Part shown: positions 24,590-37,900 of the stretch, in pieces
Layout of the letters: each line of letters starts with the position of its first letter
Position numbering within the stretch: position 1 is the stretch's first letter
Source: Vicugna vicugna
Taxonomy: Eukaryota
DNA: 64,000 bases
NCBI GenBank assembly: GCA_013265495.1
Contig: MU061544.1
Location: 1-64,000 of the forward strand
Direction: 5' to 3'
The notes under the pieces: model-generated
Seen by the model: only the letters and a program-made list of their open reading frames with translations
Database searches by the model: none
What the model was told of the DNA's origin: nothing
Position numbers and translations under genes: made by a program

Positions 24590-24734
24590 TTTTCTTTTTT
24601 TTTTGGAGGGGTGGAGTAATTAGGTTCATTTATTTATTTATTGTTATTATTTTTAATGGAGGTACTGGGGATAGAACCCAGGACTTCGTGCATGTTCAGC
24701 AAGCACTCTACCACTGAGCTGTACCCTCTCCCCT
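24590..24734 (-). mobile_element. tRNA-derived SINE (vic-1-like)
   Basis: ggaggtactggggatagaacccaggac...ctctaccactgagctgtaccctc with T-rich tail. Confidence 0.93.
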
Positions 24735-27444
24735 TGTTTATCTGATCAAGTAAAATTACTCAGGAATATAACACAGTATTATTACACAACAATCCGCATT
24801 CATTACAGCCTCAGTCAATAGAAATTAATGATAATTTTAGCTCTGCTGTACTGAACTGAGCTGGGCTTTTACACTACTTACCAAGACAGTAAAATTATCA
24901 TGCAAGATTTCAGAATGACTGGCTCATATGAGGAAAGAAATGTCATATTTTACTGCCATAATGTCAAATAAGAAACACATGCTAATTACATGATTAATTT
25001 TTTCCAATAAAACTATTATTTAGCTGTAACCTCAAAATGTTCACCTTATGTATGTAAGCTAGAGATGTAATATTGCATTTCTAAACGTGGTTATTAGTGT
25101 TAATGTAAAACTTTCTCTAATTCACAATTCCATTTTCTAAGTGATCTAAAATATAGAAGAAATATTTATCAAAAATACTGTGATATCTAAATCCAGCATA
25201 AGAGCTTTGCACTAATCTGTATCCAGTATTACTATATTTATAGTAATTTCTTAGACTGTCAACATACATGTACATGAAGTTGTAGCCTGCCCATTGTCCA
25301 CGTACACTTACATATAATTTTGACTAATGAAACAAAACATTACAGAAACAAGTGAAAAAGAATATATTTTATAGATATTACTTTTTATTTAGATTTCTAT
25401 TATAGACTATATATAAGTATTTCTTAAAAGCTTCTGCCATCAGTCCACTCACACTATTCTCATTCTCTCTTCCTCCCTCCATTCACTTTAAAAGGAAAAT
25501 AACTTTAAAGATACACACGGCTAAAAAATAAATCAGTGCATAACTGAATAAAGTGATCCAGAACTTAAGGTGCTTGGTGGGAAAAATAAACCCCCAAACT
25601 GCTTTGCCTTTCCTGGATTAGCAGATGAATATGCAGTTCCAAGTCTCCTTCCCATAGGGGGAGCTGCCGCACTATTGAACACTGGAGACCCGGTCTTCAC
25701 CTAGATATCTACAATTTTAAGCCAACTCTACACAAACAGAAAAGAAACACTAAGAGCTTATTAACATGTAATTGCGGAACACGTTTTTTTTTTTTCTTTC
25801 TTCACAATGTCACAGATGTCAATTGAATGTGTCTAAGGAAGTTGATCGTATCATCTGTTGGTAAAACAGTATTGTTTTGTTTTGTTTTTGGAAGAACAGA
25901 GACCAGGTGAAAAGGCAATGCATTAAATGTGGGCTGTGTAATACACAAAAAGGTAACTTTGCAAAAGAATATTATGATACAATTTCAGAAAAGTGAGGGA
26001 CAAAGGAGTGATCCCCTCCTACCCCGCCATTCTTCTGCACAAGTAGCAAGATGAAATATTAGAATACAAATTTTAATAAATTTATGTCAGAACTTAATGA
26101 CTGATACTTGGAAACGTGGTTTTGTAACAAAGGATCGAATCAACATGGAGGGGAGAGAGGAAGTAATTAAGATGATATTTGTCAACTCTTTTATATGCTG
26201 AGAAGCACCATAACTCGCTAAATTTAATTAAATTCTGATGGAAACCTCAGTGTCTTTATTTATTTCCTGACTCTTAGCTAAGGGTTATGAATACTAATTA
26301 TTTTCAGTTATTATTTTCAAGAGAATCTAACAATCTAAGTTAAAGCATGAATTAGTTATTGGTAAATACTTTCAAGTGTTAGATGACTATAGTGTTACTG
26401 ATGAGCTGAAATAAAATACTGTGAGAATCTGAGGCGAAGTTCCTAAGGTTATGAAAAATATTAGTCAGTAAAGACATTTAAAATCCAGCAAGTTGTGCTT
26501 AAGCAATAAAATTATATCTTTTGTAAAATGAAAAATATGGTATCTTTTAATGGTGAAATTTATGGAAATTGCTTTGTTATTTGCTTTCCCAATTTATCCA
26601 AAGAATTGTAAATTTCTTACTAGATTTCTTATTTGAATTCAAGAAAAGCATTCAATTTTATGACTGTGTTTTTAGCTAATAGAGCGGGTTATATTACAAA
26701 AGTTTAAATATTTATAATGCTTTATACCTGGCTGATTTATACAGACTAAGAGCAGACCATTTACAATATTTCTCTGAAGCTTTATTTTCCCTTTTATAGT
26801 CACTAAATTCAATGCCTGAATCAAGCTCATAAATTACATAAATTACTGGTTAGTACACGTACTATAGCTCTTTCCACATGCTCATATCTTTTTTTAATAT
26901 TTTTGTTACACTTGCTCAAATCTTAATCGTAACCGTTATAATGCATAAACTGACAAAGTGAAAGGGCTATAGGGTTTTTTAACCTCAGTTTTTAGTAATT
27001 AATTATTCTGAAATGTACTAATTTAATAATAGAGAACAATAAATTTGCAAGTTTTCAGCAGTGGTGCCACATGATTCCTATTGAGAATGTGAAAGAATAT
27101 AATATGCACACAAAGAAAACTGAGTTTGTGACAAAAATATTTTCATAGAAATGAAAAAAAGTTTTTAAATATTTTTCACACGCTGTTTTCCTGCTATCAA
27201 AAAATCTCACTGATATTATTTCTCTGAAACTGGGATGTATCAAAAGAACTAGTGAAAGTTTGTAGGATAAAATGATTATTTTCATCTACAAGACTGTTCT
27301 ATACTTCCTTTCATCTTAGGAATTTCAAAGTCTTTAGCATGTGAACTGACTTACTGAATAAATCATGTAAGCACTCAACCTGATTTGAAATAAAAAAAAG
27401 TGAACTCTGAGGGTAATCAATTAGTTAATTTGGAAAGTAATACT

Positions 27445-27740
27445 ATTAATTAATTTAACAGACATTCACTGAGCATCATGCCTGACGCTGTAATAATCCG
27501 TGGGAATAAACAGTCCAGTGAGAGACATGCTTGTTCTGCAGTGGATAAATCCCAATACACATAAAACTTAAGTATCTGGATAGGGAGAGGAGAGAGATGT
27601 AAAGTTCGTGTATCTGTATTTATACAGATACATAAAACCAGAGATCCTGGCAGAGAGACAAGGAAAAGGAGAAAAGAGTTAAGAAAGGACATCTCAAAGG
27701 TAGTGAATATTGAAGTATACTGTCTAAGCGCAAATATAAA
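27445..27740 (-). mobile_element. L2 3' fragment
   Basis: atttaacagacattcactgagcatc...tgcctgacgctgt; diverged. Confidence 0.55.
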
Positions 27741-28519
27741 TTAATCCCCCATTATTCCCATTAGACACACACATGTGCACATGCATACATCCATATATAA
27801 ATATTTTGGCCAATTTAAACATAAAACCTCAGGGTGATATAGAGAAGAAGGTCAAATATCTCTATAATCTCTGACTTTATTAATTCAGTTACATATATTT
27901 CTGTCTCATATACAAATAATAGAATATTTTAAAATATTTCTCTATTCTACTCACATTTAATGAAGTAATTTCCTTAAGATGTTTCAAAGCCAGTTCCAAT
28001 ATCAATGTCCTCCCATTACCTTGATCCCTTTTCTGCATCCCCTAACACTGTTCTTGAACACACAGCCTTCAGTCTAAGTCATTTGAGACAGCCCATGTGT
28101 GACTTTGTATTTGGTGTTCCTACTGGAAATGTTAACTGAATCCATGAGCTCCTGTTTGCATATCATAAAGACGTAAAAAAAAAAAATTACCCTTTTGGAG
28201 TAATTTGTGATCTCCATAAAATAACTCCTTCTGATAATTCTTTCTAAAGTAATCTTGAAAAGACTTGCTTTCTGTGACATTTGACAATGTAGATATTGAT
28301 GTATAACTTTTTTTTTCGGTGGGTGGGGGCACCGCTAAATTAGCATTTCCTAGACTTCAGGAGTCCTTAAGAGTTCCGAGTGTCAACGTTTCAGGATAAT
28401 GTTAGTTTCAGCTTTTTAGAAACTTTATTTGCTAATATGCAGTATGAATTTACAGGAAAAGCTGTAATAGGTGACATTTTTCTTTTTCAAAAATACATAA
28501 CCTTTTATTTATTTTATTT

Positions 28520-28541
28520 GTGTGTGTGTGTGTGTGTGTGT
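28520..28541. repeat. (GT)n microsatellite
   Basis: gtgtgtgtgtgtgtgtgtgtgt. Confidence 0.95.
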
Positions 28542-28659
28542 TTGTGTGGAGCATTTTATGAGAGTAAGGCTCGGTGGCACACGTTACAAAAAAATAAAGC
28601 TGTACTTTACTACTGGTGATACAAATTAGGAACTCCAAGCACTGTAAAGTGTACAGTGT

Positions 28660-28870
28660 GTAGTGACAGGACATAAAACTGGAAAGGTCCCTGTGGCTCT
28701 TGTACACCATGGTAAGAATTTGGAACTGTGTGGAGTGGGTATTTAGGTACAGCAGGTGGTGGGAGTGGGGCTGGATAGAGGTAGATGATAGAGTCTAAAA
28801 ATCACTGCGAGTGGACATATTCAACCAATATTTAGGAATTGTATTAAATAGGATTAGGCCGAATAATCCA
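28660..28870 (-). mobile_element. L2 fragment
   Basis: cttgtacaccatggtaagaatttggaact and atatttaggaattgtattaaataggatt resemble antisense L2. Confidence 0.5.
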
Positions 28871-29494
28871 TTAGAAACATATGCCTAAGTCTATCACGTC
28901 TAAGTCCATTTTCAACATCCTATCCTGAAATGATTAATGTATTTTGGCATGAGCTAGCAGAATGCCTTACTCTTAAATATTCACACAATGCAATTGCCAA
29001 TTCTGGAATCGCAGATGAAGCCATTAGCTACACAGTTGCATTATGTGATTTTTTTTTAAATATAAGTATATATACATTGTAATATAGATTGCTGGCTTTT
29101 TAAAAACTTTTTTCCCTTGAATTTTGGAAGGACTAACATGAACTTCAAAGGAGTTCTCCCAGCTAAATTTGCTTAAGATGATGAATAAATGCTCTGCCCA
29201 TGAACCCAGAGTTGCAGTACAGAATATTTAAGTGCTTGAGTGGAGAGAAAGAGGAAGCATGAGAGTGGCTTTTCATCTGTTCACCCTGTGAGAATGTAAG
29301 AACTATTAGCAATACCTTTCCTTTTCCCTTTTACTCCCATCTTTTTCTCCCATATTCTTAATTTCTTCCATTCATTTTTTCAATTCCAAAGTAGACGTGA
29401 GTAGGAAAGAAGGCATCACCTCTAACTACTCTGGAACTCAAAGGGTCTTCTCTGTTAGATTCTCTACCTTACAGTCTCCAATTCTGTGCCTTTA

Positions 29495-30593
29495 CAGGCA
29501 TACATCAGAGACACTATGGGTTTGGTTCTAGATCATGGCAATAAAGCGAAAATCACAATAAAGCAAGTTACATGAATATTCTGGTTTCCCACTGCATATT
29601 AAGTTATGTTTACACTATACTGTAGTCAATTAAGTGTGTAATAGTATTGAGACAGGAGGGAAGGGGGCAGGGCACAGCCACTCAAGGAATGACATCAATT
29701 TAACACCAAAATGGTGGAAGATTCACCAAAATGGTGGAAGATTCAACTTGCGGTTGGCCTTAAGGATTAAGAGGTTTAACTTTTAGTAGACCTTGAGCTT
29801 CATTATATGCTCATTATAACAGCAATGATATATAACATGCCCGCAGGCGCCGTGACAGTCCCAAGGCTAACCGCAAAAGGCCAAAGAATGGGCCGTGGCC
29901 CAGTTCCTGGGAATCCCAGCCCCTTCCCCTGGGCAGTTGGACTGATCCCACGTGTAGGCATGTGAAGCTACTGAGACCATAAAAACTACCACCACCACGC
30001 CTTGTGGCCCTTTGCGCTCTCTCCTCTTTGGAGGCGGCCCGCACTCTGTCTATGGAGTGTGTGCCTACTTTTACTTTAACCTGAGCACCCAATTCCCACA
30101 CCTCTTTCCTTGCCTTTCTCTTGCCTTACCCTCTGCAGTGTGTATCTCTCTAAATAAACCTACCTTTACTCAACGGTGGCTCGCACTTGAATTCTTTCCT
30201 GCGCGAAGCCAAGGACCCACACTTGGCGGGGCACATTCCAGGGGCTCAATCAAGACCTGGGACACGGCCCTCCTCATGCCCCACATATGTTTTCCTGCAT
30301 CAGTATTATGTCTAAAAAAGCCATGTACATACCTTAATTAAAAATATCTTATTGCTAAAAAATGCTAACCATCATCTGAGCTTTCAGGGAGTTGTATGTG
30401 CTGGTGGAAACTCTGAAATATTGTGAGAATTACCAAAATGTGACACAAGAAGTGAGCAAAAACACTGCTGGAAAACCGGTGTCGATATACTTGCTCAATG
30501 CAGGGTTGCCACAAACTTCCAATTTGTTAAAAAAAAAAAATCAGTATCTGCAAAGAGCAATAAAGTGAAACACAATAAAATGAGGTATGCCTG
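29495..30593 (-). mobile_element. Tigger1-derived internally deleted DNA transposon, interrupted by an LTR
   Basis: TIRs caggcatac...gtatgcctg with TA on both sides (29493-29494, 30594-30595); cagggttgccacaaacttccaatttgt and gagaattaccaaaatgtgacaca are Tigger1 segments. Confidence 0.92.
29648..30302 (+). mobile_element. ERV1-class solo LTR (MER41-like)
   Basis: tgagacagg...cctgcatca, 4-bp TSD gtat (29644-29647, 30303-30306), AATAAA at 30153-30158, gaattctttcctgcgcgaagccaaggaccc. Confidence 0.93.
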
Positions 30594-30599
30594 TAATTC

Positions 30600-30830
30600 C
30601 GTTCTTGCTTATAGTCCCATCACTCTTGAAATTGCTCTTGTAAAGGTCAAGCTGACAAAAATCCAGTGGACATTTCTATGACCTCAATACTAAAGCGGTA
30701 TTAAGTTGATCACATCTACTGGCTTCTATCACACTGCCCCATAGTGCTTTTCCTTGAAACTATCTGCCCCTCCATCTCAATTTCCTTGGCTGGCTCCACC
30801 TTCTATGAACAACTCTGAAAATCTCTGTAA
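30600..30830 (+). mobile_element. L2 fragment
   Basis: gaaattgctcttgtaaaggtca...aaatccagtggacatttct...ttgatcac. Confidence 0.6.
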
Positions 30831-30855
30831 GTCCTAGTAGCTCTACCCTGCAAGA

Positions 30856-31464
30856 TTTCCAGTGTCAGGGAGGAAGAAATCTCCCTCTGCCTTTCTAGGT
30901 TCTTCTGGCTGGTCTAGGAATTCAACTGACATGAGACAGTTTAACAGGAGAAAATCACACAACAGTTTAACAACATGTAGACATGGGAGAGACCCAGGAA
31001 AACTGAGTCACTCACCAAAATGGCTGAAGCCCTCACTTTAAATACCATCTTCAGATAAAGGGAAAAAAAAAAGGATGTGAAGTGGGTGCAGGGGCAGGGG
31101 GTAGTGGTTTGGGACTTGAAAGGAGAGGAAGGCAATTCTCCTGGGGATGCAAAGACAAATGTTTGCTGGGCTATGCAGAGACAATGGGACCCAGAGAGGA
31201 GTTTTAACCACAGACTGCTAGGCTCCTCCCTGTCTCCACGCCTGCTTACGCCATATTATATCATACTACGTACACCTATTACACTACTGCTGTCTATGGG
31301 GATGGCTCCCCTCCTGGAGCAGGTCCTCTGTCTACATTCTTTTAGGCAGTTAGGGACAAGGTCAAAGTTTCTTCCTCAATCTTTTGGGCCTTCATTGTTT
31401 TCAGCTTGAAATAATCTGCATGCCACAGAGACATTTTAGGGGTGGCAAAATTTGCTCCTGTACA
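30856..31464 (-). mobile_element. ERV1-class solo LTR (MER34/LTR39-like)
   Basis: Ends cagcttgaaataatctgcatgccacagagacattttaggggtggcaaaatttgctcctgtaca; homologous to 50652-51120; TSD not resolved. Confidence 0.85.
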
Positions 31465-32042
31465 ACCCCAAAATAAATACCTCGGAAGCAGAGTCATCTT
31501 AAGCAATCCAAGAGATATAAAATGGATGTTAACTTAGTTTGCAAAAAATCCATTTGAAAAGGTTGACTACCCTATCAAGCCCTAAGTGGACATATCCTTT
31601 TCAACAATTACAAAAGTAGCCAGAACACTAAAAGCTCTCTTCCAACATCAAGTATAGGATCTAGAAATTGCATCACTTTTATGTCATTTATATTTCATTT
31701 TTAATTTAAACTTCAATCAGTCTCCCTTTCTTAATTTGATTCATCCATTTCCCCCTCTCTACATTACAGTCCTCAGTTAAAATATAATCCTTATTCATAA
31801 TAGATAGGTTTTCTACGAGTAAAATAACTTCAATTAGAAGACTGAAGGAGGGAAGGTTGAAGTTAAATGCTTCAAATAATTCCATGTTAAGTATCTAAGG
31901 ACAGGAAATCAAGGGTGAGGACATGGCAAAGCAGAGGCAAAAATGTCAAAGGAGAAGAATTTTCCTTAAAAAGTACCAACCCCAGATAATTTGTGCAGTA
32001 AGTTGTAACTTTTTGGCGGGGACTCCATCAAAACAACCAAAT

Positions 32043-32300
32043 GGGTGGGGAGAGGGAAGGGATAAGTTTGAAGTTTGAGATTTGCAAATACCAACTGCTA
32101 TATATAAAATAGATAAACAACAAGTTTCTTCTGTATAGCACAGGGAACTATGTTGAGTATCTTGTAGTAACCTATAAGGAAAAAGAACATGAAAACAAAT
32201 ATATGTATGTATATGTATGACTGAAACATTATGTTGTATGCCAGAAACTGACACACTGTAACTGACCATACTTCAATTAAAAAAAAACAAAAACAAAAAG
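32043..32300 (+). mobile_element. Lineage-specific L1 3' UTR fragment with A-tail
   Basis: ttgagatttgcaaatac...tgtatagcacagggaactat...atacttcaattaaaaaa. Confidence 0.92.
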
Positions 32301-32664
32301 AAAAGTGAGTCATTTTATGATGTGCATCATCCTAGGAGAATCATTCCTAAAAAGTTAACAGAAGAACCACCTTGAATTATCTACTTCAAAAAACTGCAGA
32401 AACCCTTTCCCTTGGTCTTCACCAGTCACATAGTCATGTGCACGTACATTTCTTACTGTTCACCTGCTGTCTTCCCCTACTACTCATATCGCTAAAAGTG
32501 TTTGGGTTTCTTTCTCTATAATGTCTGATTTCATGCTGAGAGAGCCCCTATTGGTATCCAGTAAAACAGAGAATGAAATGTAGATGATATCATGATCCCT
32601 TAAAATCATTCACTTAGAGGCTTATTTCTACAGGGAAGCAGAACGGAGAGAAAAAAAAAATTTT

Positions 32665-33013
32665 TAAGACAAAAAAGATCCACAAGACACAAATGAACTT
32701 ATTTACAAAACAGAAACAGACTCACAGACATAGAAAACAAACTTCTGGTTACCAGGGGGTAAAGGGGGCAGGAAGGCATAAATTGGGAGTTTGAGATTTG
32801 CAGATACTAACTACTATATATAAAATAGATAACAACAAGTTTCTACTGTTGAGCACAGGGAACTATATTTAATATCCTGTAGTAACCTTTAATGAAAAGG
32901 AATATGAAAACGAATACATGTATGTATATGTATGACTGAAATATTATGCTGTACACCAGAAACTGACACAACATTGTAAACTATTTCAATAAAAAAGAAT
33001 GCAAAAAAAAAAA
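32665..33013 (+). mobile_element. Lineage-specific L1 3' UTR fragment with A-tail
   Basis: acaaatgaacttatttacaaaacagaaacagactcacagacatagaaaac...acaacattgtaaac. Confidence 0.93.
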
Positions 33014-33319
33014 CCCCAACATATGAGAAGACATACAACTACTTCCTTTTATAACCTGACCAATAAAGTGAGGCTACAGTCTCTCGTGTATTAGAATGAA
33101 CATTTTCTCATTCTTTAAAGCTGTCTGCACTAACTAACCCAGGCTGGAGGAAAGCCTTGCTTCTCCAGGAAACAGATTAGACAAGCGCCTGCTCAGAAAA
33201 CCCATCTTATCCCCTTGTGTGGGTTCACACGTTAACAGCAGACTTTTAGGAGGAGACTTTATGAGGACATCTACTTTAGGGCCTCAGAAATTTTTACAAC
33301 TTAGTTCTAGTGGATATCA

Positions 33320-34540
33320 AATAATCTCATATGGTATCTTAATTTTAATTTCCTTGATGTAGTTGAACACAAAATTCTTGTTTTCATCTTTAAAATAAAT
33401 TTTTTTCACAGACCTTATGTAGTTAAAATACCTATTATAGATTTATAGATTTATTTATGACATATTCTGATAAAAAGGAGTTAATACCAACATACTGAAT
33501 TTCTCTCTTCTTAGAAAAACTCTTATCCTTGAATCATAAAGATAATCCTCCTCTATTTCCTTCTAAATATTTTAAGTTTTCCTTTAAGATTTAAGAAATG
33601 AATCTGTCTAAACAGTTGTGTGTGTGTGTGTAATGTAGAGAATGTTTTTTTTCTTTCTTAGATGGAACATCAATTGTCCCATTAATTTAAAAGACCATCT
33701 GTTCGCCACAGATCTTCCTTAGTACCTGCTCTATTCATTCACACACACACTCTCACTCACATACACACTTGCTAGTATCTTTTGCTTCTACATTCTGTTT
33801 CAAACAACAGTTTGTAACTTTGCAAATACCACATGGTCTTTATTGTGAAAAGCATATGCTAATGAGTATTGTTTGTTTTCAAGAACTTGTTGCCAACTCC
33901 TTGGTCTTTGCTCCTGCTTATAAATTTGTCGAATACCTTCATGAAACACAGTAAGAATTTTATAAGCTTCGCTTTGACTACACAGAACAATATGGAAAAC
34001 TGGCATCCGTATGACACATGAATTGTATCCATTTACTGGTCATCTTTCTTGTTGTTTGAAACTAAAAAAAAAAAAATCCTCATAAAATCAGCCATCTTTT
34101 GACAGACATTACTAGGTAACTTACATTTTGGAATGGGGAATAGTACCTTTTAAAATCGTATTTCTGAGCTGTTTGTCACACATGGCTTTTTGATTGTTAA
34201 TCATGTATCTAGTCAGCTTGCTATATTCTCTTACTTAATTATAAAAAATATATTCTCCAGTTTTTTAGCTGTTTTACATGGATCTCTGGCTACAGATAGT
34301 ATTCTTTCTTCGTTTCTCAATCACAACCCCTTAATTCATTTCACCCGTGTTACTGTACTACCTAGGCTCCACTTAAAATTGTAGGTTAAAGCAGTTTTCG
34401 TGGGCATCTGTACCTTTTTTTTTTTTTTGATAAATCAAAGTAAGTGCTTCCACTATTTTATCATTAAGGACAATGCTCGCTAGTTAATTTGCCCAGATAT
34501 TCTTTGTGGCAGAAAATGGTTTGATCCTTTTTAATCCTAT
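33320..34540 (-). mobile_element. Ancient LINE-1 (L1ME-like) ORF2 remnants
   Basis: ttaattttaatttccttgat, caattgtcccattaatttaaaagaccatct, gcttccactattttatcattaag resemble antisense ORF2; very decayed. Confidence 0.6.
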
Positions 34541-34664
34541 TTCTCATTCTGTGGCACAAAGGAAAAGTACATTTCTCAACATTCCTTCTGGTTAATGGGG
34601 TCCTATTATGGAGTTCTGATCACTGAATCTCCTCTTATGTCAGGAAGCAATGAAGTACTCAAAG

Positions 34665-34900
34665 AATGGTGGGGACTGACCTGTAATCCTCAAGACTGTC
34701 AAGGTCATGAAAGTCAAAGATTAAGGAACTCTTTGAAACTAAGGAAATATGATAAATTAATGTAATATCTGATTCTGAATTGGACCCTTTTGTTATAAAG
34801 AACATCACTGGGACAATTATAATACAAGTGGTATATATGAATAGCCGCCATTTGATAATGGTATTTTTCTGTCTTAAATGCTTCAAACAAGGACATTTCC
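34665..34900 (+). mobile_element. L1MC4/5-like 3' UTR fragment
   Basis: ctcaagactgtcaaggtcatgaaag...attctgaattggaccc...ataaagaacatcactgggacaatt. Confidence 0.7.
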
Positions 34901-37900
34901 CTAATCACTTACGTAGAAACAGATAATAAGCCTTCGGAAGTGTTAGTGCCTCAGGTTACCAACATACTCTCATTGGTTCTTTCCTCTTTTTAATAAGCAT
35001 CTCAAGGAAAAGTTTCACCTCAAACTCTGAATTTATTTATTCATTTGTATCAGTATACAGTCAGGTTTCTGATTTTATTAAATGGACTATAATCCACTAT
35101 TGTCATTATTTATCCTAATCTCAGGTTTGGTTCTTGTATCTTTTCTGCAATTTTGAGATTATTTAAGAATATGTATACAAAAAGATGAATGACTATATCA
35201 TTGGCAGATGTGGTATGTGCCTGAAATGTTGTATATAAGGAAGAAATACTTAGGAGGTGATTTGATGAACGAATTGAAAGAGAATGAAAAATAAAGGTTT
35301 TTTTTTAATTAAAATGAATCTATATGCCTGGAGAACAAATAAATTGAAAGATAGGCACTGCTGCACTTTTGAAATGAAATGAAAATAACATTCAATATAT
35401 AATGATGAGGTTATAGCAAACTTTTCAAGAATGCACATATTGGGTATATTTCAGACTATTAATGCATGTAACCTGTATTTTTGAGGTTACAAAGCTTGAA
35501 AAGAAAAATGTGATCAAAATAACAGGCATGAATCAGTGTTTTTCAGCCTCTATCCCCACTGATTTCTGGAAAATCCTAAGATCAGTGTTTCAAAATGGTT
35601 CCAGAATTACCTACAGGTCTCTTTGGCCAAAAGGTGGCAGCAGTGATGATCTTACTATGACACTTTAATTCCCTATCCTGGGGTTTCCTCTTTCTGTTCA
35701 GGCTAACAGGCAGCAACAACTTCGTCATTTTCCCCAGAAGTCACCTCTGTTGTTCAAGCCAGCCAAAGGCAGTGTTTCAGATACTGGTGCCCGCTGGTGT
35801 CATCATGTTGGCTAATGACTGGTATAGAGAGTGATGAGATGAGAGTATTATCTCCCATCATTGGCAAAGCCACTAACATGCCAACACCATCTTTTGGAAG
35901 ACATCACTCACTTCATTTCTTCAGGAGAATCAAAAACTGCTATAATGACACATCTGCTTCTTGTATAAATTATAGTTTTTCATGTGTTCTCTGATTACGA
36001 GGACTTATGCACGGACTTAGACAAGAGTTCAAGACGTTGGAAAGGGGCATTATCGAAGTGGCAGATTAATTCCTCTTTATTCTCTCTCCCCTTGCCTTGA
36101 ATTCATTATGTATGCCATTTTTCGCTTATTGTGTTGTCTTCCCAGAGGGCTAACTGATAAGCCTACCTCTCCTTCAGATCTGCACAGATATGAGTAGATC
36201 TCAGGGTGACTAAAGCTCTGACTCAGACATCACCCCAAATACACACGAGTGCCCTTCTTGTTCCCACACACTAGCACGTGTGCAGTATCCTACACACTTT
36301 TTCAGAAAGGTCCATCAGCCTCCGTGAGTCGGCACTGCATTGCAAGTTCACTACCCTCGTTTGTACTGTCAAACGCATTAGTGGTTAAATAAAACCTCTA
36401 CTAAATTCCAAGGACATCTTGGAAATTTCATGGAATACGTGGCCTGTTATTTCAAACTTTCTTCTAAAATCTCAGTTCCATGTTTTGAAATTACCATGAA
36501 TATATATACAGAAAGCATCAAACCATGTGATACTACGTCATAATGGGGAATTATGATGTGTACGTCTATATATACATTCCATAAAGTTGCAGTAAAACCA
36601 AATTACCTATATCAAAAATTATGAACAATTGAGAACTTTCAATCTTTTAAAATTAAATCAATTTAACAGCTCTAACGTGATTTCATTTGTTGAGAAAAAC
36701 AAATTTAGCTCGTACGTTAAAGAAAATAAGCATCATGTATGTGGGATATTGAGATCACAAATTTTAGTATCCTTCAATATATTGAGCTAGCATCGATTTG
36801 ACAAATAAAGAATTGTTTTTACTGCTTCAGTAAACAGCACAATCATGGAAGAAGTTTTATCTTTTAAGGAAGCAAGTTAATAGTAATTAAAAATGTACAT
36901 TAGATGAATAATACAGTTCCTTGTAAGAGAGGGTCTTCATTTGTAACACTTGCTTAGATGCTAATGTATAATTTAAATTCCTTTGGGATTTTCAAATAAG
37001 GCAGGATAAATAGTATACACACATATAGTCTCATCCTAAAATAAAAAGCACAACTCACACAGCTTCAGGAAGGGAAACCATTCCAAAGCAAAAGATTAAC
37101 ATTAGATACGGGGAAAGACAAGTGATAATTTCAAGGTTTCCAACAGAATATACACAATAGCAGCTACTCAACAAGATGCCAAGGGCATTAAAGCAGTAAT
37201 TATTTTTGTGACACCATCTTTTTCCAATGAAAATTTCATTTTGTTAATTTTAATTTTTTAAAATGTTCTTTCCCACTGTGGTTTACTTTGCTATTAAAGA
37301 TTTCTTTTTTATCTTAATGTAGTAGACAGATTATAAACAATAACCTACATGCATATATGTTATCTTTGAAAATTAATGTATTAATTTAAGGAAGGAAACT
37401 CCAAAAATAACAAAAATATGTTAAAATCAGGAGAATTAAGAACTTTTTAAAATGAGCTTTTTAACTTCTTCAGTATTACATGACACCAGACTGTGGCTGC
37501 TCCTCGGGATAGAGAGTCCACGACCACCCAGTAAACTCTTATCTACTTCTTAAGCATTTCCACTTTGTCCATTAAGGCATTTATATCCTCACCCATGTTA
37601 TTCCCAAATTGGTTTTATGCTCCACTGAATTATATATTAATAATCGTGCAGTTAGGACCTTCTCATGTGTAGAGTACTTTCTCTCTCCCTTTAAAAGTTA
37701 ATATTTGAGTCAAGTAAGTTTTGAATATTCAGGCATCTGCTGCGTAACAGTTACTTTCCCTCCCTTGCTCATTCCCTGCAAATCGAGTTAACGTACTTAT
37801 TTTAAGATCTAAGAAGATTTACTAAGAACTTTCTACACCCCTACGTGTAAATACAATAAAAACTGGAGGGTCTGTGGAATGGATTTTTGGTTGTTAAAGC

